64,000 bases of DNA, from positions 109,678-173,677 of the forward strand of contig JAZRPG010000027.1 of the NCBI GenBank assembly GCA_045649105.1. Reading direction: 5' to 3'. This document shows positions 11,940 through 21,897 of this stretch, piece by piece (positions within the stretch are counted from its first letter, which is position 1; each line of letters starts with the position of its first letter). The position numbers and the translations under genes are program-made. The DNA is from Eubacteriales bacterium. Its GTDB lineage: Bacteria; Bacillota; Clostridia; Oscillospirales; JAAYXM01. A model generated the notes under the pieces. That model was not told the DNA's origin and searched no databases. It saw only the letters and a list, made by a program, of their open reading frames with translations.

Positions 11940-14018
11940 TTATTTTTCGTCTTCCTCGAGATATGCCTTTCTTTCATCGATTATCTTCTGCTGAACATTT
12001 GCAGGAGCATCCTCATATCTCACAAACTCAAACTCAAATGAGCCTCTTCCCTGTGTCATTGAGCGCAGATCAATTGTGTATGAATTCATCTCAGCCATAG
12101 GAACCTCAGCCTCAACAACAGTAGTTCCGGACTCTGCCGGATTCATTCCGAGGACACGGCCGCGTCTCTTATTAAGGTCTCCCATAATATCGCCCGTATA
12201 GCTGTCCGGAATATACACCCTCAAGCTTCCTATCGGCTCAAGAAGCACCGGATTTGCCTGCGGAAGTCCTGCCTTATATGCAAGACCTGCCGCAACCTTA
12301 AATGCCATTTCAGACGAGTCAACATCGTGATATGAGCCATCAACAAGTGTTGCCTTCAAGTAAACGACCGGGAAACCTGCCAGAACGCCCTTTGTAATTG
12401 ATTCGCGAAGACCTTTTTCTACTGCCGGGAAGAAGTTCTTCGGAACTGCTCCGCCTACTATCTTCTCCTCAAACACGAGCTCCTCAACGTCTCCGGGCTG
12501 GAACTCAATCCAGACATCACCGAACTGCCCGTGTCCGCCTGACTGCTTTTTGTGTCTTCCCTGAACCTTTACAGGCTTGCGAATCTTTTCGCGGTAAGGA
12601 ACTCTCGGCTCCTGAAGCTCAACATCAGCGCCAAAGCGGCTCTTAAGCTTTGAACACAGAACATCAATATGAATATCTCCGTATCCCGTAACGACGAACT
12701 GATGTGTCTCTGCATTATTATTTGTTTTGAATGTGAGGTCTTCCTCGTTCATACGAATAAGACCTGAGGCAATTTTTTCTTCTCCGCCCTTTACCTTAGG
12801 GGCAACTGCAAGCGAATAAGTCGGTGCCGGGAATTCTATAGGCGGCAGCTTTACAATGCTTCCGGCAGCGCAAAGTGTATCGCCCGTGCGTGTAACTGCA
12901 AGCTTTGAAACAGCTCCGATATCTCCTGCCGTTACTTCTTTTACATCAATGTGCTTTTTACCGATTACAGTGTATAAATGCCCCATCTTTTCAGCCTGAC
13001 CGCTCCGGGCATTTGTAAGCGTCATATCGCTTGAAACCTTTCCTGAAACCACCTTAAAGAAAGAAAGCTTTCCATACTGGTCAGATACGGTTTTAAAGAC
13101 AAATGCCGCTGAAGGACCGTTCTCATTTACGCTGATTTCAACCTGCTCACCCTTTGAATCCTCACCAACAACTGCAGGCGCATCAAGCGGTGACGGTGCG
13201 TATCCTATAAGCCCGCGCAGCAGAGCAAGCGTACCGATTCCCGTTGCTGCGGAGCCACAGAAAACAGGAGCGATAGTTCCGTCCATAACACCGCGTTTAA
13301 TTCCAATCTGGTATTCCTCAACCGTAAATTCTTCTCCGGCGAAGAATTTTTCCATATATTCTTCACTCGTTTCCGCAACGCTCTCGGCGATATGCGAACG
13401 GATTTCATCAACATCAGCTTTCATCGACTCAGGAATTGGCATTTCAACGGCCGCACCATTCTTCAGTTCATATGCCTTAAGCGGAATCAAGTCAACAATT
13501 CCTATAATTTTATTATCGACAATAGCAGGAATGACCATCGGGCATACGGAAACTCCGAACTTTTCGCGAAGACTTTCATACGCTTTGTGATAATCAGCAT
13601 TTTCCTCATCTATTTTTGATATGTAGAAGGCACGCGGCATTTTTCTTTTATTTACATTTTTCCACGCAATCTCCGTACCAACCTCTACACCGCTCTTTGC
13701 AGTGCAGACTATAACTGCCGTATCGGCAACACACAGTGCCTGATATACCTCGCCGGCAAAATCAAAGTATCCGGGAGTGTCTATAAAATTAAACTTATGA
13801 TTCTGAAACTCAAGAGGCACTATTGAAGCTGAAATACTGATTTTACGCTTAATTTCTTCAGCATCAAAATCACTGACCGTATTTCCGTCAGAAATTTTTC
13901 CGAGGCGGTCCGTGCTTTTCGTCATAAACAGGAGACTTTCCGCAAGCGACGTCTTTCCGTCGCCACCGTGGCCCAAGAGGCATACGTTTCTGATGTTCGA
14001 AGCGGGATATGCATTCAT
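11940..14018 (-). CDS. Elongation factor G paralogue (EF-G-like GTPase)
   Basis: 692 aa with five-domain EF-G architecture. G1 is GHGGDGKT, G3 is DTPG and the G4-equivalent is SKID. RBS AAAGGAG upstream. Confidence 0.85.
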   Translation of the reverse strand: MNAYPASNIRNVCLLGHGGDGKTSLAESLLFMTKSTDRLGKISDGNTVSDFDAEEIKRKISISASIVPLEFQNHKFNFIDTPGYFDFAGEVYQALCVADTAVIVCTAKSGVEVGTEIAWKNVNKRKMPRAFYISKIDEENADYHKAYESLREKFGVSVCPMVIPAIVDNKIIGIVDLIPLKAYELKNGAAVEMPIPESMKADVDEIRSHIAESVAETSEEYMEKFFAGEEFTVEEYQIGIKRGVMDGTIAPVFCGSAATGIGTLALLRGLIGYAPSPLDAPAVVGEDSKGEQVEISVNENGPSAAFVFKTVSDQYGKLSFFKVVSGKVSSDMTLTNARSGQAEKMGHLYTVIGKKHIDVKEVTAGDIGAVSKLAVTRTGDTLCAAGSIVKLPPIEFPAPTYSLAVAPKVKGGEEKIASGLIRMNEEDLTFKTNNNAETHQFVVTGYGDIHIDVLCSKLKSRFGADVELQEPRVPYREKIRKPVKVQGRHKKQSGGHGQFGDVWIEFQPGDVEELVFEEKIVGGAVPKNFFPAVEKGLRESITKGVLAGFPVVYLKATLVDGSYHDVDSSEMAFKVAAGLAYKAGLPQANPVLLEPIGSLRVYIPDSYTGDIMGDLNKRRGRVLGMNPAESGTTVVEAEVPMAEMNSYTIDLRSMTQGRGSFEFEFVRYEDAPANVQQKIIDERKAYLEEDEK

Positions 14019-14151
14019 TTGATTCTACTCTCCTTTAACTACTTTAATTTGAGTGCCTTGTGAAAATGTTTCACAATTATTAACTATTATTAATTATATT
14101 ACAAAATCAGATGAAATACAAGTCAATTTTTGTGTAAGTTGCATTTATTTT

Positions 14152-14191
14152 TTAAAAAATCTACGGCGCAGACATTTAGTCCGCGCCGCAG
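14152..14191 (-). terminator. Rho-independent terminator of valS
   Basis: On the minus strand, CTGCGGCGCGGAC-TAAAT-GTCTGCGCCGTAG is followed by ATTTTTT. It begins 7 nt after the valS stop. Confidence 0.7.
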
Positions 14192-14197
14192 AAAATA

Positions 14198-16843
14198 TTA
14201 ACTGTTTTTAAGTTTTGCAATGCTTTCGTCGATATTTGCGAGTAATGCCTGAGCTTTTGCAAGTTTTTCTCTTTCGCCTTCTACGACACTTGCCGGAGCT
14301 TTTGCAACAAAGCCTTCATTTGAAAGCTTTCCGTTTATAATCTTAAGCTCCTTTTCGCATTTTTCACGCTCGCGTCCAAGGCGCAAAAGCTCCGCCTCGG
14401 TATCAATCAACTCATTCATCGGAATGAACAGCTTCGCCGATTGCGTTACTACAGATACCATCTTTGTCGCATCCGCTACCTCTTCTGCAACAATTATGTC
14501 AGACACAGAAGCAAGTTTTGTGAAGAACACCTCTCCAACACTGAAAATCCGCTTTGCATCATCATTATCAGGAATTATAATCAGCTGTGCTTTCTTTGAA
14601 GGCGGTACATTCATTTCCGCACGGCGGTTTCTGATACTTCGAATTGCCTGCATCAGAATCTCCATATCACGCTCATCTGAAGAGAAATTAAGCTTCTTAT
14701 CCGCAACAGGCCAATCTGAAATCATGATAGACTCGCCATCATGCGGCAGTGTCTGCCATATTTCCTCGGTTATAAACGGCATAAACGGATGCAAGAGTTT
14801 CAGTGTATTGGACAAGACATAACACAGTACCTTTTCTGCCGTTTCCCTGCTACCTTTTTCAGCACTCTCCGAAAGCCGCGGTTTTACAAGCTCAATATAC
14901 CAGTCACAATAATTATCGCGAATGAATTCCTGAAGCTTCTGCGCCGCAATTCCAAGCTCGTACTTGTCTATATTATCCGTAATTTCAGATATGAGACTGT
15001 TGTATTTTGAAATAATCCATTTATCCTCAAGCTGCAGGTCTTTTGCATCAGGAAGCTCGCATTTATCTATGCTCAGATTCATAAGAACGAATCTTGATGC
15101 ATTCCATATCTTGTTTGCAAAGTTCCTGTTGGACTCAACGCGCTCAATATTGAACCTCGTGTCATTTCCGGGAGAATTTCCCGTTACAAGTGTCAGCCTT
15201 AAAGCGTCTGCGCCGTAATCCCTTATCACCTCAAGCGGGTCAATTCCGTTATTAAGTGATTTTGACATTTTTCTTCCGAGCGCATCACGCACGATACCGT
15301 GTATAAATATTGTCTTAAACGGCTCTTTTTTCAGGTGCTCCATTCCGGAGAAAATCATTCTGGCAACCCAGAAGAATATTATGTCATACCCCGTTACGAG
15401 AACAGATGTGGGGTAGAAATAATCAAGCTCCGGTGTCTTATCCGGCCAGCCGAGCGTTGAGAACGGCCAAAGCGCCGAAGAGAACCATGTATCAAGAACA
15501 TCCTCCTCTTGTCTTAGCTTCTCACTCCCGCACTTTTCGCACTTTGTCGGGTCTTCACGCGATACATTGATATGTCCGCATTCCTCGCAGTAGAAGGCGG
15601 GTATTCTATGTCCCCACCAAAGCTGGCGTGATATACACCAGTCATGTACGTTTTCCATCCAGTTTGTATATATTTTAGAAAACCTGTCAGGCACAAACTT
15701 TACCGTTCCGTCATTTACAACACGCAGAGCATCTTCTGCAAGCGGACCCATCTTTACAAACCACTGTGCAGAGGTAATCGGCTCAACAACAGTATTACAT
15801 CTGTAGCACTGACCGACATTGTGCTTATGGTCACGAATCTCAATAAGATATCCGCCGGCCTCAAGGTCAGAAACAATCTTCTCGCGCGCCTCGTACCTGT
15901 CAAGACCCTTATACTTGCCGCCGTTTTCATTTATGCAGCCATGCTCGTCAATAACAAGGATTTCCTCAAGATTATGACGCTTTCCAACCTCGAAGTCATT
16001 CGGGTCGTGGCACGGCGTAATTTTTACGCAACCTGTACCGAACTCGCGCTCAACATACTCATCTGCAATTATCGGTATTTCACGGTCAACAAGCGGCAAA
16101 ATAAGCATTTTTCCGACCAGATGCTGATATCTTTCATCATCAGGATGGACGGCAACCGCCGTGTCTCCGAGCATTGTTTCAGGTCTCGTTGTTGCTATTG
16201 TAAGAAATTCGTCCGTCCCTTTAATCGGATATCTGATGTGCCAGAACTTTCCGTCTTTTTCAGAATACTCAACCTCGGCATCGGACAATGCAGTAGTACA
16301 ATTCGGGCACCAGTTTATGATGCGGTTTCCGCGATATATGAGTCCTTTCTCATAAAGGCGCACAAAAACCTCTCTGACGGCACGCGCACATACATCGTCC
16401 ATAGTAAAGCGCGAGCGTTCCCAGTCACACGAGGTACCCATAGTCTTCTGCTGCTCTACTATTTTGTTTCCGAACTTCTCTTTCCAATCCCAGACTCGCT
16501 CAAGAAACTTTTCACGGCCGAGATCGTGGCGTGTAAGCCCTTCTTCACGCAAGGAAGCCTCAACCTTTATCTGTGTTGCGATTCCTGCATGGTCAGTTCC
16601 GGGAAGCCACAGCGCAGAGTAACCCTGCATTCTCTTTGTGCGTATAAGAATGTCCTGCAGAGTACAGTCAAGAGCATGGCCGAGATGCAGCTGCCCCGTT
16701 ACATTAGGAGGCGGCATTACTATTGAAAATGCTTTTTTACTCTCATCTGCTTCGGCATGAAAGTATCCCTTTTCCTCCCATTCTTTATAAAGGCGCGACT
16801 CAACATCGCGCGGGTTGTAAATTTTATCAAGCTGTTTTGCCAT
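14198..16843 (-). CDS. valS: Valine--tRNA ligase
   Basis: HIGH-type motif ([13 protein letters not shown]), KMSKS motif and a C-terminal coiled coil. True start is ATG 16843 ([11 protein letters not shown]) with AGGAGGG upstream. The track start 16873 lies inside the T-box terminator tail. Confidence 0.95.
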   Translation of the reverse strand: MAKQLDKIYNPRDVESRLYKEWEEKGYFHAEADESKKAFSIVMPPPNVTGQLHLGHALDCTLQDILIRTKRMQGYSALWLPGTDHAGIATQIKVEASLREEGLTRHDLGREKFLERVWDWKEKFGNKIVEQQKTMGTSCDWERSRFTMDDVCARAVREVFVRLYEKGLIYRGNRIINWCPNCTTALSDAEVEYSEKDGKFWHIRYPIKGTDEFLTIATTRPETMLGDTAVAVHPDDERYQHLVGKMLILPLVDREIPIIADEYVEREFGTGCVKITPCHDPNDFEVGKRHNLEEILVIDEHGCINENGGKYKGLDRYEAREKIVSDLEAGGYLIEIRDHKHNVGQCYRCNTVVEPITSAQWFVKMGPLAEDALRVVNDGTVKFVPDRFSKIYTNWMENVHDWCISRQLWWGHRIPAFYCEECGHINVSREDPTKCEKCGSEKLRQEEDVLDTWFSSALWPFSTLGWPDKTPELDYFYPTSVLVTGYDIIFFWVARMIFSGMEHLKKEPFKTIFIHGIVRDALGRKMSKSLNNGIDPLEVIRDYGADALRLTLVTGNSPGNDTRFNIERVESNRNFANKIWNASRFVLMNLSIDKCELPDAKDLQLEDKWIISKYNSLISEITDNIDKYELGIAAQKLQEFIRDNYCDWYIELVKPRLSESAEKGSRETAEKVLCYVLSNTLKLLHPFMPFITEEIWQTLPHDGESIMISDWPVADKKLNFSSDERDMEILMQAIRSIRNRRAEMNVPPSKKAQLIIIPDNDDAKRIFSVGEVFFTKLASVSDIIVAEEVADATKMVSVVTQSAKLFIPMNELIDTEAELLRLGREREKCEKELKIINGKLSNEGFVAKAPASVVEGEREKLAKAQALLANIDESIAKLKNS

Positions 16844-16861
16844 ATTATACCCTCCTAAAAA

Positions 16862-17100
16862 TAAACGCCCCATGCCTTACAGACATGGGGCGAAAAGCAC
16901 ATACTTTCGCGGTACCACCCAAATTTGACGCAGTGCGTCATCTCAACTGCGTATAACGGCGCTTCCCGGCAATGCTTACTTGCGCAACAGGCTTTTGGCA
17001 TTGCAGCTACGGAGTGACACCTCTGCCCCCCGCCTGCCATGCTCACACCATACACACAGCTCTCTTAAGGCTTTATAGGACAGCATTATCTCCATCATTG
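16862..17100 (-). promoter_or_regulatory. T-box leader (tRNA-Val responsive) with intrinsic terminator
   Basis: The minus strand carries the conserved T-box AAATTTGGGTGGTACCGCG (16908-16926) and the terminator CGCCCCATG...CATGGGGCG followed by TTTATTTTT (16866-16892). Stem I has a GATGGAGA K-turn region, an AGAGAG bulge and a specifier loop AGGU-GUC-A (GTC is the complement of 17016-17018). That loop is closed by GGAG/CTCC. Confidence 0.85.
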
Positions 17101-17112
17101 CTTTTTTAAATA

Positions 17113-17141
17113 AGAATACATTAATCAAGAAAGATTGTCAA
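17113..17141 (-). promoter_or_regulatory. Candidate sigma-A promoter for the valS T-box leader
   Basis: On the minus strand, TTGACA, 17 nt, then TATTCT, roughly 15 nt upstream of the Stem I base. Confidence 0.5.
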
Positions 17142-17191
17142 GTATTTTTATTATTTGCATTAAATTCATAGGGTTTGCTATCGATAAACCT

Positions 17192-17956
17192 TTATCCCTG
17201 ATACCGACTTGGTGCAACGCCGAAAAATTTTGAGAATTCGCGGCTGAAATGACAGGGCTCGGCATAACCGCAAAGCTCTGCAATCTTTGAAACCGTAAAT
17301 TGCCCGGACGCAAGAAGTGATTTTGCATACTTCATTCGCATACGGATAAGGTAGTCTTTTGGAGAAAGGTTAAACTGAGCCTCAAAAAGCTTACGGAAAT
17401 ACACCTCGCTCATTCCGCAGAGCGACGCAAGCTCTGCCACAGTCAGAGAATTATCTGCAAACCGCTCCTTGATAGCTTCAAGTGCAGGGGCAAGCTTTTC
17501 AGAGTTCTTGCTCGGATGATATCCGCGATCGTTCTCTGCAATCATCCGTATAACTATATCATAAAGCGAGCGCATCGCTACAATTTCCCGGACATCGGAA
17601 AACACTTCCCACCTCTTTGTCGCATTATGAAATGCTTTTCGTATACTCTCAACATCTCTAAGCCGCATTACAAACGGTTCATCTGAAAAGTCAGCATCAA
17701 AATTTAACGCATAACACGAACCGCCCTCCCATATCTTTACCTGATAAGTAGAGCCTTTGGGAAGATATACAAGCTCATCGCCTTCATTATGAAGAACCTT
17801 TCCGTCAGAAAAGATATAATCTTTATTTGCAAACGAATCGTTGAGAACCAGGCCGTGAGCCGGGCGATTCTGATGAAAGGTCTTCCCTCCGGTTGCCGGC
17901 ACATGCATTGCAAGGGTAATTTTTGTTGCAACCAATTTTCTCCATTCTCTGTTCAT
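17192..17956 (-). CDS. AraC family transcriptional regulator (cupin sensor plus HTH)
   Basis: 254 aa with an N-terminal AraC-type ligand-binding fold and a C-terminal double HTH (VAELASLCGMSEVYFRKLF ... IAELCGYAEPCHFSREF). Divergent from the GRE gene. Confidence 0.85.
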   Translation of the reverse strand: MNREWRKLVATKITLAMHVPATGGKTFHQNRPAHGLVLNDSFANKDYIFSDGKVLHNEGDELVYLPKGSTYQVKIWEGGSCYALNFDADFSDEPFVMRLRDVESIRKAFHNATKRWEVFSDVREIVAMRSLYDIVIRMIAENDRGYHPSKNSEKLAPALEAIKERFADNSLTVAELASLCGMSEVYFRKLFEAQFNLSPKDYLIRMRMKYAKSLLASGQFTVSKIAELCGYAEPCHFSREFSKFFGVAPSRYQG

Positions 17957-18032
17957 TTTTTACCCCCTTAAATTCATCATACCATAAGTATATGCTTTTG
18001 TTATGATTCCGTCAAGTGTTATGTTTTTTTCA

Positions 18033-18060
18033 TAGACATTTTCTTTTCCTTTGTTATAAT
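18033..18060 (+). promoter_or_regulatory. Candidate promoter of the GRE gene
   Basis: TAGACA, 16 nt, then TATAAT with an extended -10 (TGTTATAAT), ending 30 nt upstream of ATG 18090. Confidence 0.45.
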
Positions 18061-18089
18061 GAAGGCACAAACCGCAAGGAGATGTTATT

Positions 18090-20309
18090 ATGAAATATAT
18101 TACTCAAGAAAATTACGATTACATCAAGAACAAATACCACGATGCATCAAAACCGTGGGACGGCATGTCCAGATTCATCCGCCGCGATGAACTTTTTGAC
18201 CCCGCAACCGGAATGGATGCCGACGATATCTGCAAGGGCATACTTGTTCAGGATGAGGAATTAAAGCATCTGTCCCACCCCGTCCGCAAGGCAAGGGCTC
18301 TTTCCTATGTTTTGGAAAATACAAGAATTTCTTGCGACCCGCGCGATTTTTTCCCCGCAATAAATGCCTGTGACCGCCCGTTACAGAAGACTCTTATTAA
18401 TAACTGGAAGAGCGAAGTTTTTGATGAGATAATTCCCGAAATAGGCAAAAAGCGTCTTGAGCTTGAAAAATCAGGCCTCGTTACTATCTGGCCGGATTAT
18501 GACCACAGTACGCCAATCTGGGAAAGAGTGCTTTCACTCGGTTTTCCGGGACTTCTCCGCGAAAGCGAAGAGGCGCGGCACAGCAAGGAACTCACAAAAG
18601 AACAGGATGAATTCTTCGAGGGAATCAAGATAACCTACGAAGCAATCATCAGATTAGTAGGCAGACTTGCTGCTCTTGCCGAAAAAACAGAAGGCTCTGA
18701 AAAAATGGCAAAAGCTCTCCGCACCCTTGAAACAGGCGCTCCTACCTCCTTATATGAGGCACTTCTGATTAACTATCTCTATTTCTATATCAGTGAGCAT
18801 TTAGACTATCTGCAGGTTCGCTCGCTCGGTAATTTTGACAGAATCTTTTTCCCGTTCTATCAGGCGGATATTGAGAGCGGAAGAAGTGAAGAAGAAATCC
18901 GCACGGATATTGCGTATTTCCTTATGCAGTTTACCGCTATCGGAAACTATTACAATCAGCCTGTATATCTCGGAGGAGAAAAGGCGGACGGAACTACCGA
19001 AATAAACGCACTTTCCTATATATTCCTTGATGTATATAACGAGATGAAGCTCTATAACCCAAAAATTCAGATTAAAGTTTCAGAGTCAACCCCGAAGGAG
19101 CTTTTGTGCAAAGCGCTTGATATGATCCGCCGCGGGAATAACTCTATCGTTTTTGTCAATGATGACACAATGAGAAAGGCACTTGTCGGCGCAGGCAACC
19201 CTGAAGAAGAGGCCCGTCTCTGTCATGTTACGGGCTGTTACGAATACGGACTGCGCGGCTCTTATCTCACGGGGATGAATTATTTTAACCTCCTTAAGCC
19301 GCTTGAGTATACACTCCATGAGGGGCGCGATGCTGTTACGGGAGAGCTCGCAGGTCTTCCCTGTCCCCCGCCATCGGAGTTTAAGACCTTTGATGAGTTT
19401 TATGGAGAATATAAGCGCCAGCTCCGCAATGTTATTGATCAGACAATCGAAGTTGTAAACGGATTTGAAGATTATCTTTCATATATAAACCCGCTTTCCA
19501 TGCTTTCTGCGACTTTCCCGACATGTCTTGAGCGCGGGCGTGATGCAATTCACGGCGGCGCCCGCCGCAATGATACGGACTTATCACTCGGCGGACTTGC
19601 AGATCTCGGCGATTCACTCCTGATGGTTAAAAAATATGTCTATGAGAAGAAGAAGCTTACGCTGTCTGAATTTGTCGCCATGCTTGACCGTAACTATGAG
19701 GGCGATGAGGAGTTTCGTCAGATGCTCCTGCACGACCCCGAGAAATACGGGAACAATATAGACCGCGCTGACGAAATGACGGTATCAATCGTTGATTTCT
19801 GTAACAAAAACATTTGCGGTCGCCCCACATCAAAGGAGCGCGGCGGTATCTGGAAGTGTTGCTTCCATGTTGCACGCTTTTCATTCCGCTGGGCAGATAA
19901 AACTGCCGCCTGCCCCAACGGAAGAAAATTCGGCGAGGAGCTTTCGAAAAATCTTTCTCCGACCCTCGGTCAGGCACGTCAGGGAATCACGGCGACCGTG
20001 CTGTCCTTTACGAAGGTTGATAACACGGCAGTCGCAACAAACTATTCGCTCGACCTTGCGTTTCTCCCGTCATCCGTCCGCGGAGATGACGGACTTGAAG
20101 CGATGTACGGCCTCCTCATGACATTCAACCGCCGCGGTGGTCACGCAGTGCACTTCAATGTCTTCGATTCGGAAACACTGCGCGAAGCTCAGGAAAACCC
20201 CGAAAAATACTCTGACCTTCAGATACGAGTAAGCGGATGGAATGTTCTCTGGAATAACATTGTAAAAGAAGAGCAGGACGCTTTCATACGCCAGGCGGAG
20301 GTGCTGTAA
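18090..20309 (+). CDS. Glycyl radical enzyme (PFL2/dehydratase-lyase class), substrate unknown
   Basis: 739 aa. The C-terminal glycyl motif is LQIRVSGWN (Gly716, nt 20235-20237). The active-site loop is VTGCYEYG (Cys383 at nt 19236-19238, Glu385). RBS AAGGAG upstream. Confidence 0.85.
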   Translation: MKYITQENYDYIKNKYHDASKPWDGMSRFIRRDELFDPATGMDADDICKGILVQDEELKHLSHPVRKARALSYVLENTRISCDPRDFFPAINACDRPLQKTLINNWKSEVFDEIIPEIGKKRLELEKSGLVTIWPDYDHSTPIWERVLSLGFPGLLRESEEARHSKELTKEQDEFFEGIKITYEAIIRLVGRLAALAEKTEGSEKMAKALRTLETGAPTSLYEALLINYLYFYISEHLDYLQVRSLGNFDRIFFPFYQADIESGRSEEEIRTDIAYFLMQFTAIGNYYNQPVYLGGEKADGTTEINALSYIFLDVYNEMKLYNPKIQIKVSESTPKELLCKALDMIRRGNNSIVFVNDDTMRKALVGAGNPEEEARLCHVTGCYEYGLRGSYLTGMNYFNLLKPLEYTLHEGRDAVTGELAGLPCPPPSEFKTFDEFYGEYKRQLRNVIDQTIEVVNGFEDYLSYINPLSMLSATFPTCLERGRDAIHGGARRNDTDLSLGGLADLGDSLLMVKKYVYEKKKLTLSEFVAMLDRNYEGDEEFRQMLLHDPEKYGNNIDRADEMTVSIVDFCNKNICGRPTSKERGGIWKCCFHVARFSFRWADKTAACPNGRKFGEELSKNLSPTLGQARQGITATVLSFTKVDNTAVATNYSLDLAFLPSSVRGDDGLEAMYGLLMTFNRRGGHAVHFNVFDSETLREAQENPEKYSDLQIRVSGWNVLWNNIVKEEQDAFIRQAEVL

Positions 20310-20310
20310 C

Positions 20311-21033
20311 CTGAAATCATTTTTAATGCTTGGACAGTCAAACATGGCAGGACGCGGAGATTTTGGCGAAGTTGAAGAAATAAATAATCCGTTATGCTTT
20401 ATGCTCCGCAACGGAAGATGGTAGCCAATGAGCGAGCCTATAAACATTGACAGACAGATTTTCGGATACTTTCATAGCGGGGTTGGTCTTGCGGCATCTT
20501 TTGCTGACGAATATGCAAAATACTACGGCGAGGAAATTGGCTTGATTCCCTGCGCTGAGGGCAATACCTCAGTCAGCGAATGGCAACCCGGCGAAATTCT
20601 TTTTGAAAATGCAGTGGTGCAAGCAAAATTAGCACAAAGAACATCTGAAATCGCCGGTATTTTATGGCATCAGGGAGAAAACGACAGCATCAATCCCGAA
20701 GATTCCAAAAAGTACCACGACAGATTTTTAAATGTTATCACTACTTTAAAAAAAGAGCTTTCGCTCCCTTGCGATATTCCCGTTGTCATCGGAGAGCTCG
20801 GCGAATTTGTCGGCACTTTTGCTGACGGAAGATGCTGCAATTATAAAGAAGTCAACAATGTTTTGAAAACTCTGAGTGATGAACTGCCATATGTTGCTTT
20901 GGCCATCGCTGCCGGGCTTTCTTGCAGAAGCGACGGAATCCATTTTGATTCAGCTTCCTACCGCATCTTCGGCAAACGATATTTCGAGTCTTATCTTTCT
21001 CTTAAAAATAATTTAAGGAGATTGGCTGAATGA
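20311..21033 (+). pseudogene. SGNH/DUF303 sialate O-acetylesterase-like gene interrupted by an in-frame TAG
   Basis: The same frame reads LKSFLMLGQSNMAGRGDFGEVEEINNPLCFMLRNGRW-TAG(20422-20424)-PMSEPINIDR...ILWHQGENDS...SDGIHF. The catalytic GQSN serine block lies upstream of the stop, and the 201-aa track ORF (20428-21033) lacks it. Confidence 0.6.
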
Positions 21034-21878
21034 AGATTTTAAAGAAAAATCGGTGCATCATCGGAGAAGGTCCGATATGGAATGACAATGAAGGACTTCT
21101 GTATTTTGTTGACGGGATGAAAAAAGAAATTTTCACCTATAATCCGGAAACCGAAGCTCTCATAACTTATCCGCAGGAGATTTGCGTGGCAGCAATAGCT
21201 TTCGCAAAGGACGGGCGCATGCTTGTCTCGCGCAGTGACGGCGCTTTTTTTCTTGACCTCAAGTCAGGAATTGCGAAGCCAATGTACGGTGGAGATATAA
21301 AAATCTCTCACGGAAACGATGCAAAGGTCGGCCCCGACGGCGCATTTTACGTCGGTACGCAAAGCGGATACCGCCTTGGCATTTCCCAAAACATTGACGG
21401 AAAGCTCTATCGCATCGATTCCGACGGAAATGTCAAAGCCCTGCTTGATGACCTGATTCTTCCAAACGGCTTGGATTGGTCCCCGGATGAGCGCTTTTTT
21501 TATCTCGTTGACAGCGGAACGCACATGGTCCGTAAATATAATTTTGATGCAGATACCGGAAATCTGACATTTACGGGACTTGAGGTGCAGGTTCAGGGAG
21601 CAGACGGCATTACCGTCAATCAGAAAGGCGATATTCTTGTAGCTTGTTGGGGAAAGAGATGTATAGCTGTTATTGACCCCGAAACAATGTCGGTAACCCG
21701 GCTGATTGATGTTCCTACAAGAGCTCCTGCAAGCTGCGGATTTTTCGGCAAAGAAATGAATTTACTCGCCATTACCACCGCAAGCTTAAGTACAGATATC
21801 GAGAGTGACACCGATGCAGGGTTCCTTTTTATTAAAGAGATGGAGATTCCGGGACGCTTACCATATCTTTTCGGATAG
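21030..21878 (+). CDS. SMP-30/gluconolactonase/LRE family beta-propeller protein
   Basis: 282 aa with N-terminal IIGEGPIWNDNEGLLYFVD and LPNGLDWSPD motifs. Has an ATGA start/stop overlap with the esterase frame. Confidence 0.8.
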   Translation: MKILKKNRCIIGEGPIWNDNEGLLYFVDGMKKEIFTYNPETEALITYPQEICVAAIAFAKDGRMLVSRSDGAFFLDLKSGIAKPMYGGDIKISHGNDAKVGPDGAFYVGTQSGYRLGISQNIDGKLYRIDSDGNVKALLDDLILPNGLDWSPDERFFYLVDSGTHMVRKYNFDADTGNLTFTGLEVQVQGADGITVNQKGDILVACWGKRCIAVIDPETMSVTRLIDVPTRAPASCGFFGKEMNLLAITTASLSTDIESDTDAGFLFIKEMEIPGRLPYLFG

Positions 21879-21897
21879 TAAAGAAGGAATGTTAAAA

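Noticed and set aside
15644-16726. A 360-aa ORF on the plus strand, antisense to valS
   Set aside because: It lies entirely within valS, which is well supported. The translation is low-complexity and rich in Cys, Tyr, Arg and Phe. It has no RBS and no recognisable motifs. It is a shadow ORF in the codon-complement frame.
20422-20424. In-frame TAG as a pyrrolysine codon
   Set aside because: No pylT or pylSBCD genes occur in the window, and the gene family is not a known Pyl user. The context fits a simple CAG-to-TAG nonsense change. This cannot be fully excluded without the whole genome.
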